DNA of 64,000 bases from Candidatus Saccharimonadales bacterium (GTDB taxonomy: Bacteria; Patescibacteriota; Saccharimonadia; Saccharimonadales; Saccharimonadaceae): positions 36,508-100,507 of the forward strand of contig JBKECJ010000007.1 in NCBI GenBank assembly GCA_047974525.1, written 5' to 3'. The position numbers were made by a program, and so were the translations under genes. Of the stretch, positions 27,478-37,908 are shown piece by piece; the first letter of the stretch is position 1, and each line of letters begins with the position of its first letter. Under the pieces are notes generated by a model. That model was given only the letters and a program-made list of their open reading frames with translations. It was not told the origin of the DNA and searched no databases.

Positions 27478-29580
27478 CTATTTTGCGTTGCGCTTCTCGA
27501 TAATCTCTTGCGCGATGTTTGGTGGAACTTCCTCAAAGTCCGAGAGTTCCATCGTCGATGCTGCACGACCCTGCGACATACCGCGGAGGTCGGACGTGTA
27601 GCCAAACATGTTTGCAAGTGGCACGAAGCCCTTGATCAACTTGGCACCACCAGGCAGATCTTCCATGGCATCTACGCGACCACGGCGAGAGTTAAGGTCG
27701 CCAATCACGTCGCCCATGAAGTCCTCAGGGGTGGTAATTTCAATTTTCATTACAGGCTCCAAAAGCACAGGTTTTGCGCGTTTGATACCCTCACGGGTAG
27801 CAAGTGCACCTGCAAGGTGGAAGGCTAGCTCCGAAGAGTCGACATCATGGTAAGAGCCATCATAAAGGGTTGCCTTTACGTCGATTACTGGATAACCAGC
27901 GATAACGCCACCCGTCAAAGTCTCCTTAACACCTTCAAGAACTGGCTTGCGGTACTCTAGAGGCACTACGCCGCCCTTGATTTGGTCTACGAACTCAAAG
28001 CCCTTACCGGTCTCATTTGGCTCAAACTTGATCCAAACATCACCGTACTGACCACGACCACCGGACTGCTTGATGTGCTTACCTTGTGCTTCGGCAACGC
28101 CACGAATAGTTTCGCGGTATGCAACCTGTGGCTCGCCAGTATTAGCTTCAACGCTAAACTCGCGGCGCAAGCGGTCGATAATGATTTCAAGGTGAAGCTC
28201 GCCCATACCCGAGATGATCGTCTGACCAGTCTCTTCGTCGGTGTGCACGCGGAAAGTAGGATCTTCCTCAGCTAGACGGCCTAGGCCGATACCCATCTTC
28301 TCTTGGTCGGCTTTGGACTTTGGCTCAACAGCAATCGATACTGGTGGCTCTGGAAAGTCGATTGACTCAAGCAGGATTGGATGTGCTGGGTCACAGATTG
28401 TGGTACCAGTAGTAGTATCCTTAAGACCTACGACAGCGGCAATATCGCCAGCTTCGATGTCGGAGATTTCCTCACGCTTGTCTGCGAACATTCGCACCAG
28501 GCGACCTACGCGCTCTTTGTTGCCGGTTGTAGCATTCATGACGTACGAACCAGATGACAATTTGCCAGAGTATACGCGAATAAAGATAAGTTTGCCTACG
28601 AATGGATCGGCTGCAATCTTAAATGCTAGGGCAGTTAGTGGCTCGGAGTTATCGGCCTTGCGGATGATTTCGTCGCCAGTTTTTGGGTTAACGCCAACAG
28701 TCTGACCCAAATCGCGATCAAGTGGGCTTGGCAAGTAGTCGACTACGAGGTCAAGCACCTTTTCTACGATCACGCCACGGCCATCGCCACCGGTGACCAA
28801 GTAGAAGTCGCCATCAAGCACGCGTTTGCGGAGTGCTTTTTTGAGCTCATCAACAGTAATGCTCTCTTCGCCGCTCTCAAAGAATTTCTCAAGCAAAGCT
28901 TCGTCGGCCTGTACGGCTTCTTCCACGAGCATTGCACGTGCATTTTTTGCCTTCTCAAGCATGTCTGCTGGAATCTCACCAACCATCAACTCGTGATCGG
29001 AGTATTCATTATAAGTGTAAGCCTTCATGTCTACGAGATCGACGATACCATTGATCTCTTTTTCGAAGCCGATTGGCAAGTGGATTGCAATAGCGTTCTT
29101 GCTAAGGCGACGGTGAATAGAATCAAGCGATTTGTAGAAGTCGCCACCGATTTGGTTGATCTTGTTCACAAAACATACGCGAGGCACGCCATACTTGGTA
29201 GCCTGACGCCATACAGTCTCAGACTGCGCCTCAACACCCATCTTGCCGTCAAACACAACCACAGCGCCGTCTAGCACGCGAAGCGAGCGCTCTACCTCTG
29301 CGGTAAAGTCGATATGCCCTGGGGTATCAATGACGTTGATCTTATGGTCTTTCCAATAAGCCGTAACAGCAGCGGAGGTAATTGTAATTCCGCGCTCTTT
29401 TTCCTGTTCCATCCAGTCGGTCGTTGCGCCGCCGTCATCACCCTTAACTAGGCTGATTTTGTGCTTTAGACCGGTGCGATAAAGAATCGCCTCTGAAGTC
29501 GTAGTCTTACCTGCATCAATGTGCGCGATAATACCGATGTTTCTGAAATTTTGTAGATCCTTAACTTGTTGGGTTGCCAT
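27478..29580 (-). CDS. fusA: elongation factor G
   Basis: 700 aa; AHIDAGKTTTSEAIL, DTPGHIDFTAEVERSLRVLDGAVVVFD. Confidence 0.95.
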   Translation of the reverse strand: MATQQVKDLQNFRNIGIIAHIDAGKTTTSEAILYRTGLKHKISLVKGDDGGATTDWMEQEKERGITITSAAVTAYWKDHKINVIDTPGHIDFTAEVERSLRVLDGAVVVFDGKMGVEAQSETVWRQATKYGVPRVCFVNKINQIGGDFYKSLDSIHRRLSKNAIAIHLPIGFEKEINGIVDLVDMKAYTYNEYSDHELMVGEIPADMLEKAKNARAMLVEEAVQADEALLEKFFESGEESITVDELKKALRKRVLDGDFYLVTGGDGRGVIVEKVLDLVVDYLPSPLDRDLGQTVGVNPKTGDEIIRKADNSEPLTALAFKIAADPFVGKLIFIRVYSGKLSSGSYVMNATTGNKERVGRLVRMFADKREEISDIEAGDIAAVVGLKDTTTGTTICDPAHPILLESIDFPEPPVSIAVEPKSKADQEKMGIGLGRLAEEDPTFRVHTDEETGQTIISGMGELHLEIIIDRLRREFSVEANTGEPQVAYRETIRGVAEAQGKHIKQSGGRGQYGDVWIKFEPNETGKGFEFVDQIKGGVVPLEYRKPVLEGVKETLTGGVIAGYPVIDVKATLYDGSYHDVDSSELAFHLAGALATREGIKRAKPVLLEPVMKIEITTPEDFMGDVIGDLNSRRGRVDAMEDLPGGAKLIKGFVPLANMFGYTSDLRGMSQGRAASTMELSDFEEVPPNIAQEIIEKRNAK

Positions 29581-29641
29581 ATGCTTTCCTTATATTTTTT
29601 AGACAATAGTAATAGACTTTGAAGATAATATAACATAATTC

Positions 29642-31060
29642 TTATCGAGATGAAAGTAGAATTTGGCCAGATTTGTCCGATAGGGTTGACTTTGTTTTGC
29701 CAGTAAGATCTAGGTGCGCCGTATAAACTTTATCCCCGTAGCGCCTTTCAAATATAAATATCCCATTTCGCTTTGCTCGCTTCACCTTCAATTTGCCCCG
29801 AATCAGCACTTCGTCTGTTCGCCATAGCTCAAGTAATTTGCGGTAAAACTCCAATACGGAATCATCATCTTTGCATTGTCGGTCGTATTCGGCAAAATCT
29901 AGCGGCGCCCGCGCATTGTCACGCGAAACGCGCTTAATCACCGCCATCGCCTCTGTTTTTGACTTCCCCTCTTTGATTAGTTGATGATAAATCGCTCGCG
30001 ATTGCACCCCTGGATAATCCTCAATATTATTTCCGAGGACGGGATTTTTCGTGCCAATTTCTTGCCCCTGATAAATACACGGGTAATTCGCTGGTAGCAG
30101 AAATTGCAGCATAGCTAGCGCCTTTGGATCGGCATTAAACCGCGATACTGCCCTTGGTGTATCGTGGGATTCTAGTGCAAACGACAGCTTCGGCTCGATC
30201 GTCCATTTCGCCAGCTTCTTAAACCATTTTCGGTAATTGACTGGCTTTGGTCGCGCCTTATCCGAAAACACAGTATCTGCCACATCCAAAATCCCTACAT
30301 TAAACGACGCATCGAAGGCACTCTTGGTGAGCTCATGAAACTTCCCCTTGCCCAAAAAATCTCCGCCCACCGGCTCCGCCAGCGAAAATATCCGTTTCCC
30401 GCCAAATAATTTCTCCAGCGTGCGTACCGTCTCTTTTGTCTGGAAATAATAGAAGAACCCAGGAATACGCGGCAGTCGCCCAGACGCCAGCTTCGACTCC
30501 GAAAGTACGTTTGCTGAGTCCACGCGAAACCCCGCGATTCCCTCGTCCATCCAAAAATCAATAATCTTCTGAAACTCCCGCACTACGCGCGGATTTTGGA
30601 AGTTTAGGTCTGGCTGAGTCTTGTCAAAGAGGTGCAGATAATATTGCCCGCGCACCTGATCATACTCATACGCCGTACCGCCAAAAAACGACTGCCAGTT
30701 GAGCGGTTTATCAATCCAGATGTAATAATCCTTGTACCAAACGTCGCGGTGCCGTGATTTTTCAAACCATTCATGCTTCACGGAAGTGTGGTTTATGACC
30801 AAATCTAGCAGGATTTCTATCTTATATTTGCGCGAAACTTGTACAAGTTTGCGGAAGTCCTGCATGGTGCCAAAGCGGGGGTTTACCTTTCGATAATCCG
30901 ATACGTCGTACCCACCCTCATTCCAGGGGCTCTCAAAAAACGGGTTCAGCCAAATATAATCAGGCCCCAGCTTGGCAATGTCTGGGATCCGCGCCGTAAT
31001 CTCTTTGAGACTCCCAAACGCCGTTGGGTAAATTTGGTATATTAGCTTTCGCCCACTCAT
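29642..31060 (-). CDS. GH13 (alpha-amylase family) glycoside hydrolase
   Basis: 472 aa; ...YQIYPTAFGSL..., ...IILDLVINHTS..., ...GIAGFRVDSANVL... The GFRVD region carries the catalytic nucleophile. Confidence 0.7.
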   Translation of the reverse strand: MSGRKLIYQIYPTAFGSLKEITARIPDIAKLGPDYIWLNPFFESPWNEGGYDVSDYRKVNPRFGTMQDFRKLVQVSRKYKIEILLDLVINHTSVKHEWFEKSRHRDVWYKDYYIWIDKPLNWQSFFGGTAYEYDQVRGQYYLHLFDKTQPDLNFQNPRVVREFQKIIDFWMDEGIAGFRVDSANVLSESKLASGRLPRIPGFFYYFQTKETVRTLEKLFGGKRIFSLAEPVGGDFLGKGKFHELTKSAFDASFNVGILDVADTVFSDKARPKPVNYRKWFKKLAKWTIEPKLSFALESHDTPRAVSRFNADPKALAMLQFLLPANYPCIYQGQEIGTKNPVLGNNIEDYPGVQSRAIYHQLIKEGKSKTEAMAVIKRVSRDNARAPLDFAEYDRQCKDDDSVLEFYRKLLELWRTDEVLIRGKLKVKRAKRNGIFIFERRYGDKVYTAHLDLTGKTKSTLSDKSGQILLSSR

Positions 31061-31129
31061 AATATTTTTATTTTAGCATAAAGAAAGCCTCCGACGAATG
31101 CCGGAGGCTAATATTATTGCGGTTTGGGT

Positions 31130-32872
31130 TTACTTTTCTTCGCCATCGGGCTGAACTTCGCTGCCGTTCGTGACGGGTTCTTCGCTCGTGCCCGTATCGG
31201 CCGTATCCGTATCTTCGGTGACGCCATCTTCGAGGCCGCCCTTGATTGAACCTTCGCCAATCACGCGGGTCTCCTTATTCAGGACGCCCAATGGGCCAAC
31301 CACGGAGCCAACAAACTTGCTGATTGTGTCGTTGAAGGTTTCGCCATTCAGCGCCTCGTTCGACAGTCCAGCCTGCTTAAGCACGCGGGGCAGATCTCCG
31401 AGAAAACTCGTAAGCGTACTGCCCGTACCATCTCCTCTTGAGCTTCCGCCAAAGTCGTAGATGGTGGTCTTTTCGCCCACGCTCGCCATAACCTTACCAA
31501 CATTGGTGGCAACTTCAACCTGCATAGAGCGGTAAATTTCTGCCAGCTCAACCTGAAGGTTAACGCCGTCGTGTTTCGCAAGTGCATCCGCCTTGGCAGA
31601 TTCTGCCTCGGCTTCAGCAAGACCTTTCGCACGGATTGCATCCGCTTCGGCCTTACCTCTTGCAGAGATGGCAGAAGCCTCAGCCTCACCCGCCAGCCTT
31701 ACCTTGTCGGCATCGGCAGCGGCCTGCAGCTTAACGGCTTCGGCCTGTCCAGCAGCATCTTTCTTGGCGGCGTTTGCTCTACCTTCGGCGGCTTTCTCGT
31801 CAACGGCAGCCTGCGCGTCCGCTTCGATCTTGCGCCTTTCAGCATCAGCTTGTGCCCCAATAACCTGCTCTTTCTTGACTGTTTCGGCCTGTGTGACCTT
31901 TACAGTCTGCTCGGTCTCGGCGGCGCGGTTTGCCTGTTCGTTACGAACAACTGCAACCTCACCTTCCTTAGTGGCAAGCTCCTTTTGACGTTCCGTCATC
32001 TGAAGCTGACCTGCCACTTCGGCGTCGGCCTGTGCTTTGTCGGTTTCTGCCTTAAATCCAGCTTCCTGAACTGCCGTATCACGCGTTTTAGCAGCGATAG
32101 CGACCTTGGAAGCGAGTTCGGATTCCTGAGCTTGCTGCTCGGATTCCGCGGTTTTCTGGCGAATTGCCTGATTTGCTTCTGCGGTGATATTGGCGGCCTT
32201 ACGACGCATGGACTCGCGCTCTTCAGCGGCGAGATCTTTGTAGTAAGTTGCCTCTTTTGGATCACGTACTTCCTGAATATATAGCTGAACTTTGTAGCCC
32301 AGCTCGGCCATCTGGCCTGAAATATTCTTCTGTACTGCCTCGTCGAGCTTGTCCTTGCCCACCATGACGTCAACAGGCGTCATGGTAGAAATAACAGCAC
32401 GCACTCCGCCCGCAACCGCATTTTTGATAATATCTTCGATTTCGGGCTTTTGCTTGTCGAGAAATTGCCGGATTGCTGGCTGCAGCGTCTCTATCGTATC
32501 GGCATTGGGTGCATACGAGATGACCCAGTCGATATCGACTTCGACACCGTCTCTGGTTTTCATTGTGTCGCCTTTTTGTTCAGCTTTTTCCACGCAGATG
32601 TCAAACTTCTGTGCGCGCTGGATAAACGGGATGACCAAACTTGCGCCCGCAATCTTTACTTTGGGCTCATAGGTTACCTGTTCTTCTTCGACTTCGACGC
32701 CGTCGCGCATCATTTTGACTTTCTTTGTAACTTTCTTGGTGGCGCCAATACCCGTGACGACCAGTACTTCATTACCGGAGACGACTTTAATCATCACCAG
32801 CAGAAGCACCGCAATCACGATCACGGCACCAACGATAGGCAGGTAAGGCAGAACAGCAGACAGAAATTCCAT
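31130..32872 (-). CDS. flotillin-like SPFH/band-7 protein
   Basis: 580 aa. N-terminal TM, SPFH domain (VVTGIGATKK...), and a long Ala/Glu/Lys/Gln-rich coiled coil as in FloT/YuaG. RBS GAGGAGG. Confidence 0.7.
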   Translation of the reverse strand: MEFLSAVLPYLPIVGAVIVIAVLLLVMIKVVSGNEVLVVTGIGATKKVTKKVKMMRDGVEVEEEQVTYEPKVKIAGASLVIPFIQRAQKFDICVEKAEQKGDTMKTRDGVEVDIDWVISYAPNADTIETLQPAIRQFLDKQKPEIEDIIKNAVAGGVRAVISTMTPVDVMVGKDKLDEAVQKNISGQMAELGYKVQLYIQEVRDPKEATYYKDLAAEERESMRRKAANITAEANQAIRQKTAESEQQAQESELASKVAIAAKTRDTAVQEAGFKAETDKAQADAEVAGQLQMTERQKELATKEGEVAVVRNEQANRAAETEQTVKVTQAETVKKEQVIGAQADAERRKIEADAQAAVDEKAAEGRANAAKKDAAGQAEAVKLQAAADADKVRLAGEAEASAISARGKAEADAIRAKGLAEAEAESAKADALAKHDGVNLQVELAEIYRSMQVEVATNVGKVMASVGEKTTIYDFGGSSRGDGTGSTLTSFLGDLPRVLKQAGLSNEALNGETFNDTISKFVGSVVGPLGVLNKETRVIGEGSIKGGLEDGVTEDTDTADTGTSEEPVTNGSEVQPDGEEK

Positions 32873-33036
32873 AGAGTATTTCCTCCTCAGATTTTTTTCC
32901 GCTCGGGTTCACAAAAAAATAAACTCCAAACTCTTAATGTGCATCCCCACGGTATCTGTCTATTATATCAAATAATTGACATTTTGTCAACAAAAAAGCC
33001 CCACTGCAGGGGCCAATTTGATTGTAGTTGTCGAGA

Positions 33037-33516
33037 TTAAACGCGAGCAAAGTGAGCAAACGCGCGGTTTGCCTCTGCCATGCGGTGTGTATCTTCTTTC
33101 TTCTTGAAAGCAGCACCGGTCTCGTTGTAAGCATCAACAATTTCCGCCTCTAGGCGCTTCGCATATGGCATGCCAGAGCGAGCGCGAGCCGAAGTTACGA
33201 GCCAGCTAAATGCGAAGTGCATTTGGCGGTGACCCGAAATTGGGAACGGAATCTGGTAGTTAGCACCACCAACACGGCGGGACTTAACTTCAAAGTTAGG
33301 GCTGATATTGCCTAGAGCTTTTTCAAATACCTCAACTGGGCTTTCGCTATCCAATTTCTTGGCAGCACCTTCAATTGCGGCGTATACAGCACGCTCGGCA
33401 GTTTGTTTTTTGCCGTCGAGCATGGATTTGTTGATCAAACGCTGCACGAGGACGCTCTGATACTTGCGATCTGGGCTTACCTTGCGCTGCAAACTCGTAG
33501 TAGTTTTACGTGGCAT
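33037..33516 (-). CDS. rpsG: 30S ribosomal protein S7
   Basis: 159 aa; MPRKTTTSLQRKVSPDRKYQSVLVQRLINK... S7. Confidence 0.9.
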   Translation of the reverse strand: MPRKTTTSLQRKVSPDRKYQSVLVQRLINKSMLDGKKQTAERAVYAAIEGAAKKLDSESPVEVFEKALGNISPNFEVKSRRVGGANYQIPFPISGHRQMHFAFSWLVTSARARSGMPYAKRLEAEIVDAYNETGAAFKKKEDTHRMAEANRAFAHFARV

Positions 33517-33518
33517 AA

Positions 33519-33932
33519 TTACTTACCCTCCTTCTTGGCGCCATATTTCGAGCGACCCTGTTTGCGACCCTGTACGCCCTGAAGATCCAAAGTACCGCGT
33601 ACGATATGGTAGCGGACACCTGGAAGATCTGGCACACGGCCACCGCGCACTAGCACAACAGCGTGCTCCTGCAGATTGTGACCTTCGCCGCCAATATATG
33701 CCCAAACTTCTTGACCATTCGTAAGACGCACGCGTGCAACCTTACGAAGAGCTGAGTTTGGCTTTTTTGGAGTCTTGGTAGTAACTTTGATACAAACACC
33801 ACGCTTTAGCGGAGCGGCTTGATTATAATAGCGGGTCTTCAACGTGTTCAAAATAGAACCAAGCGCTGGAGCCTTGCTTTTCTTTGGAGCTCGCTTGCGC
33901 GGCTTCCTGACTAATTGATTGATTGTTGGCAC
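33519..33932 (-). CDS. rpsL: 30S ribosomal protein S12
   Basis: 137 aa; [24 protein letters not shown]..., ...[22 protein letters not shown]... Confidence 0.9.
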   Translation of the reverse strand: MPTINQLVRKPRKRAPKKSKAPALGSILNTLKTRYYNQAAPLKRGVCIKVTTKTPKKPNSALRKVARVRLTNGQEVWAYIGGEGHNLQEHAVVLVRGGRVPDLPGVRYHIVRGTLDLQGVQGRKQGRSKYGAKKEGK

Positions 33933-34038
33933 AAAAAATCCTTTTCCTTAATATCTTAATAAATTGTTTTAGTCCTATCTGTTTCAGCAATAACAAATAG
34001 AGCTACGAAAACTCTTCCCTTTATTCTACTTCATTATT

Positions 34039-34602
34039 TTAGTTTTGTAAAGCCCCATCAATTCTATATAGATAGTGGCTATTTGTCTTGGCGATAGGCT
34101 TCATGCCGTTAAATTCAAACGCTTTGCTCACGACGTCAATACTTTTCCCGTGTTTGCGCACATGCTTCTCGATCACGGGCATAATCATCTTCATCACGCG
34201 GTCCAGTCCAAACACGTACACGACAGTCATATCGGACGGCAAGACAGTCTTCGTCATATCGCCGTTAATCACCTGTACTTTCTTATCTCCACGGCTTTTG
34301 CGCCGCGCTAGCGTCACGAGTATCGGATTTATCTCTATGCCAACTGCCTTCTTTGCTCCAGACTTTGCCGCCGCCCGCAAAACCACACCATCGCCACACC
34401 CAAAGTCTACTAAGACGTCATCCTTGGTGAGCGGGCGCAGCTTATCGAACGCTCGGATAATTTCTTTCTCACCACTCGCCACATATGGCGCCCCAAATAG
34501 TGCCGTTACCAGAAACACCCCCACCACAACCAATACCAAAATCACCGCACCTAGCGCTATGTACATGTAGAGATTATACCCCTCATGCGCACGCTTCGGC
34601 AA
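34039..34602 (-). CDS. class I SAM-dependent methyltransferase with N-terminal TM helix
   Basis: ...VLVDFGCGDGVVLRAAAKSGAKKAVGIEINP... (motif I GxGxG). The track ORF starts at TTG 34602; the first ATG is at 34566. Confidence 0.6.
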   Translation of the reverse strand: MPKRAHEGYNLYMYIALGAVILVLVVVGVFLVTALFGAPYVASGEKEIIRAFDKLRPLTKDDVLVDFGCGDGVVLRAAAKSGAKKAVGIEINPILVTLARRKSRGDKKVQVINGDMTKTVLPSDMTVVYVFGLDRVMKMIMPVIEKHVRKHGKSIDVVSKAFEFNGMKPIAKTNSHYLYRIDGALQN

Positions 34603-34616
34603 TAAACTGCTATAAT

Positions 34617-35027
34617 ATGCTTATGAATACAGATTTATGGGGAGATGTCGCAACTTGGGCGGGTGCCGTAGGTACAGTTGGTGCTTTCGTAGCGGCGTTC
34701 GTACAAATCAAAGTTGAGCGTAGTGCTCGCAAAGATCGCGAAAAGAAAGAAACGGATTTATCCGAAAAAGCACAGGCATCGAAGGTTAGCTCTTGGGTAG
34801 AAGACGGAAAAATCGTATTTTCTAATTCTTCCAATCATCCCATCTACGATCTGAGGGTCTATTTGACGGACGGCTCAATGCATGAAGAGCGCGTTATGGG
34901 GCCGGGGACAAAGCGCATTAGCGACGCCAAAGAAAGCGGCGCGCACGTGTCCAAAATCGAGTTCACAGATAATCAATCCGCCACAAAGTGGGTACGCGAA
35001 GCCAGCAAAGCTCTTCGCAAGCGATAA
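34617..35027 (+). CDS. hypothetical single-pass membrane protein
   Basis: Internal Met MLMNTDLWGDVATWAGAVGTVGAFVAAFV... A TATAAT sits immediately before the ATG, so the transcript may be leaderless. The upstream part of the track ORF overlaps the methyltransferase. Confidence 0.4.
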   Translation: MLMNTDLWGDVATWAGAVGTVGAFVAAFVQIKVERSARKDREKKETDLSEKAQASKVSSWVEDGKIVFSNSSNHPIYDLRVYLTDGSMHEERVMGPGTKRISDAKESGAHVSKIEFTDNQSATKWVREASKALRKR

Positions 35028-35672
35028 TTACTCGTCAATCTCGCTCGCCGCGCGCTCAAAATCCTTTTGTTTTGGCAGGGTCAGTTTTTCCATTGGCGGG
35101 AAAGTCGCATCATACGCCTCAAGTCCACTCTCGTCTGGATATAGTGCAGCGCTAAACTCAATCTTGCCCGACACGTCGTCCAGCGCGCCATCATACAGCG
35201 GCAGCGCCATAATACCCGTATAGAACTTGCCATCTGGCATTGAAATTCCGTATTTTTTCGCACCCACGAAGCCGTAAGTCTCGTAATGATACCTAAATCC
35301 AGCAATGACAATTGCCCTATGTCCTGCCTCCTTCGCCTTCTGTATCGCATGCGTAATCAGAATTCGCCCCAAGCCTTGCCTATGACGCTCTGGCGCAATG
35401 CTGACCGGCCCAAAGTGCACTACTGGCACCTTTTCACCATCGGGCTCCATAATCCACGCTCTTGCAAAGTGAATACTTCCCAAAATCTCCCCATCCTCCT
35501 CAATCACAAACGACAGCTCTGGCATATAATCTTCGTGATCCCGCATCGTATGTACGAGATAATGCTCATTCGCCCCCGGAATATACAAATTCCAAAACGC
35601 CGCACGGGTAATCTCCTCAACTTTTCGGTAATCTGCTGGTTTTTCTTCTCTTACTGTAATCATATCAAGCAT
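35028..35672 (-). CDS. GNAT-family N-acetyltransferase
   Basis: Start at MLDMITVREEKPADY; ...HRQGLGRILITHAIQKAKEAGHRAIVIAGF... The acetyl-CoA-binding Q/RxxGxG/A motif is present. Confidence 0.6.
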   Translation of the reverse strand: MLDMITVREEKPADYRKVEEITRAAFWNLYIPGANEHYLVHTMRDHEDYMPELSFVIEEDGEILGSIHFARAWIMEPDGEKVPVVHFGPVSIAPERHRQGLGRILITHAIQKAKEAGHRAIVIAGFRYHYETYGFVGAKKYGISMPDGKFYTGIMALPLYDGALDDVSGKIEFSAALYPDESGLEAYDATFPPMEKLTLPKQKDFERAASEIDE

Positions 35673-35790
35673 TATACAGCAGTAACGATAAGGGGTCGCC
35701 TTGCGAACATGCCAAAAGCATGTTATAATGAACACTTGCACATTATAAATATGGCCTTTAGTCGCACTATTTTTGAAGGAGGGCAAAAGT

Positions 35791-36300
35791 ATGAAGAAAA
35801 ATACCCCACCTGAGGTCAAAGTGGAACAAAATATTGAGCTTGGCAGCTATACCGCCAATAATTTGCTCAAACCCATGGCAAAATTCATCGTTGGCAACGC
35901 CACAGAGCTATGGAACTATTATTACGCAGTTTTCGACGCCAAGACCACCGCCTTCGAGTTTGTTCGCATTCTTGGCGAATTTTCTCGGCGTGAACCTTGG
36001 CATATCGAGCTGAAGAACGACAAGGTGTCCGTAGTGGCAGTCTTAGGCGGCTGCACTCTGCGAATAGCGATCGGCAACTTCCACGACGAAGTTACCAGCG
36101 CGTTCCCTATCGAGTCGGTAAAGTATACCAACTCAGACGGCGAATATATCCACATCAAGGTACCAGAGCTCCACGGCACTATCTACTTCTCGTCCAACGT
36201 TAGCGACTCTTACGAAGCCGAAAAGCGGCTACTAGACGAGCTGCACATCATGTACTCCCGCCTCGCAAAAGACAAGGAGTTTCTCGAAGTCAGCGCATAA
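35791..36300 (+). CDS. hypothetical protein
   Basis: Start MKKNTPPEV with RBS AAGGAGGG. Terminator ATCGCCAG-ATCTATT-CTGGCGAT then TTTT at 36345-36371. Confidence 0.5.
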   Translation: MKKNTPPEVKVEQNIELGSYTANNLLKPMAKFIVGNATELWNYYYAVFDAKTTAFEFVRILGEFSRREPWHIELKNDKVSVVAVLGGCTLRIAIGNFHDEVTSAFPIESVKYTNSDGEYIHIKVPELHGTIYFSSNVSDSYEAEKRLLDELHIMYSRLAKDKEFLEVSA

Positions 36301-36422
36301 TCTCACGCACTACCTAAAGGCCATCATAGAAGATATCGCCAGATCTATTCTGGCGATTTTTCAATCGAAAAAATACCCGCGAATCACTTCGCGGGTAGTT
36401 ATTCTCATAAAACATAAAAAAA

Positions 36423-36455
36423 TGGAGCCGCGATCGGGATTTGAACCCGAGACCT
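36423..36455 (-). other. tRNA 3'-end fragment (T-arm plus acceptor 3' strand with encoded CCA): attachment-site core copy
   Basis: Minus strand reads GGTCTCGGGTTCAAATCCCGATCGCGGCTCCA: a perfect T-stem/loop and a 3' acceptor strand. No matching 5' half, D-arm or anticodon arm upstream. Lies directly beside the integrase. Confidence 0.6.
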
Positions 36456-36613
36456 CATCCTTACCATGGAAGTGCTCCATCGCAACAGATAGCGACTCTT
36501 GAAATAACCTATGACACATCATATCGATCCGCACAGATCAGTTTGTTTAGGAACAACGATTCAATAACCCCATATTAGCATTTCGAGCTCAAAAAGTCAA
36601 TATGTTTATGGTC

Positions 36614-37465
36614 TCATATGGAATGAAATTTGCGATACTGAGCTTCAAGATCATTGTCTACGACGTGGGCGTACATTGCAGTCGTATCCATCGAAGAGTG
36701 TCCCATCATAGCGCTCAGATAGCGCATATTGCCGTTGTTTTTTAGAAAGTTAGTTGCATACGAGTGGCGTAACGTATGGGGCGTTACGCGATTAGACTCT
36801 AGCCCTGCTTTTCTCGCGGCGTTACGTATGACGAGCTGTATGGTTGTATGATTTATCCGCTCTCTATGCTGGAACGAAACTATGAGAGCCTCACAGTTGT
36901 CTTTACGAGTCGCGAGATAAGACTCCATGAGTTGTTCTGTTCTCTCGTCGATAAAGCAAAGCCTTGGCTTACTACCCTTTCCAATAATAGTAAACCGGCG
37001 CTCGACGATCTGCCCTCGATTAAGAGATATTAGCTCGGATAGCCTGATTCCAGAGCTATAAAGCAGAGAGACAATAAACTGTGCTCGAATGTTGCAAGCA
37101 GAGTTTATCATCGCCGTGACTTCTTCGGAGGTTAAAAATCTTGGGACTGTCGAGGAGCGCTTTGGTACCGGTATCATACCTGCTTTTATGCAAGGTATTT
37201 CTCGAATATTTAGGTAGTTCAGGACTGTACGCAGTCTGACGATATAATTGCGAACAGTATTCTGCGATCGCCTCTTCGAGAGATAGTTCTTCCAATCTCG
37301 GACATCGTCGAAGGATAATTCAGAAATTGGCTTATCGGGTACAAAAAGAAGCAATGCTTTCTTGCATACCTCGTGGTTTTCCTCGGTTTTAACGGATTGG
37401 TTCTTAAATCGAATATAATCGTTCTTATATAATTCAAATGCCTCTGAGATTAGTAATTCTCTCAT
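36614..37465 (-). CDS. tyrosine recombinase / phage integrase
   Basis: 283 aa; C-terminal ...HTLRHSYATNFLKNNGNMRYLSAMMGHSSMDTTAMYAHV... (R, H-x-x-R, Y catalytic pattern). Confidence 0.85.
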   Translation of the reverse strand: MRELLISEAFELYKNDYIRFKNQSVKTEENHEVCKKALLLFVPDKPISELSFDDVRDWKNYLSKRRSQNTVRNYIVRLRTVLNYLNIREIPCIKAGMIPVPKRSSTVPRFLTSEEVTAMINSACNIRAQFIVSLLYSSGIRLSELISLNRGQIVERRFTIIGKGSKPRLCFIDERTEQLMESYLATRKDNCEALIVSFQHRERINHTTIQLVIRNAARKAGLESNRVTPHTLRHSYATNFLKNNGNMRYLSAMMGHSSMDTTAMYAHVVDNDLEAQYRKFHSI

Positions 37466-37527
37466 TAAAAAAGCACTCCTCCCTTAATTATTCGTAGGGT
37501 TTCAGAGTGCTGATTTGTTCTTTCAAA

Positions 37528-37908
37528 TTACGCCGCTGCTGGCCGTACCACCCGATTCCGATAGTCTACGTAGTTTCCTTTTGTGTGTCTTGGAGCCGTC
37601 ATTGGGCTTAACTGACCTTTGCCATCTAGCTCGTCCTTAAGAATTCTGCTGAAGACTCGTGACCTGTCTCGTATTTCGCTGTCTGTCCTGACTATTGACG
37701 CAATCGTTCTGTATCGTTGCTCACCTAGTGCCTTGAAGCATTTGCAATGCCAAGGCGTCATGTCTGGATTACTTGTAGAGATTAGCTCTCCGCCTATGCT
37801 GATGACCTTCTCTCTGATTTCTAAAGCTGATAGTTTCCTATCTTCAAATTGCAATTTGCTATTTACTCCTTGCAATTTAGAAGTTGCAATTTGTTTGATT
37901 GACTCCAT
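37528..37908 (-). CDS. hypothetical prophage protein
   Basis: 126 aa ORF upstream of the integrase, same strand. Confidence 0.4.
   Translation of the reverse strand: MESIKQIATSKLQGVNSKLQFEDRKLSALEIREKVISIGGELISTSNPDMTPWHCKCFKALGEQRYRTIASIVRTDSEIRDRSRVFSRILKDELDGKGQLSPMTAPRHTKGNYVDYRNRVVRPAAA

Noticed and set aside
31571-32284. 237-aa and 131-aa plus-strand ORFs (Ala/Ser/Leu-rich)
   Set aside because: Antisense to the Ala/Glu-rich coiled-coil of the flotillin gene; low-complexity mirror ORFs.
36423-36500. Possible complete minus-strand tRNA next to the integrase
   Set aside because: Only the T-arm and 3' acceptor strand are tRNA-like. The upstream 45 nt form a different hairpin (ATGGA-GCACT-TCCAT) and give no D or anticodon arm or pairing 5' acceptor strand; interpreted as an att core fragment.
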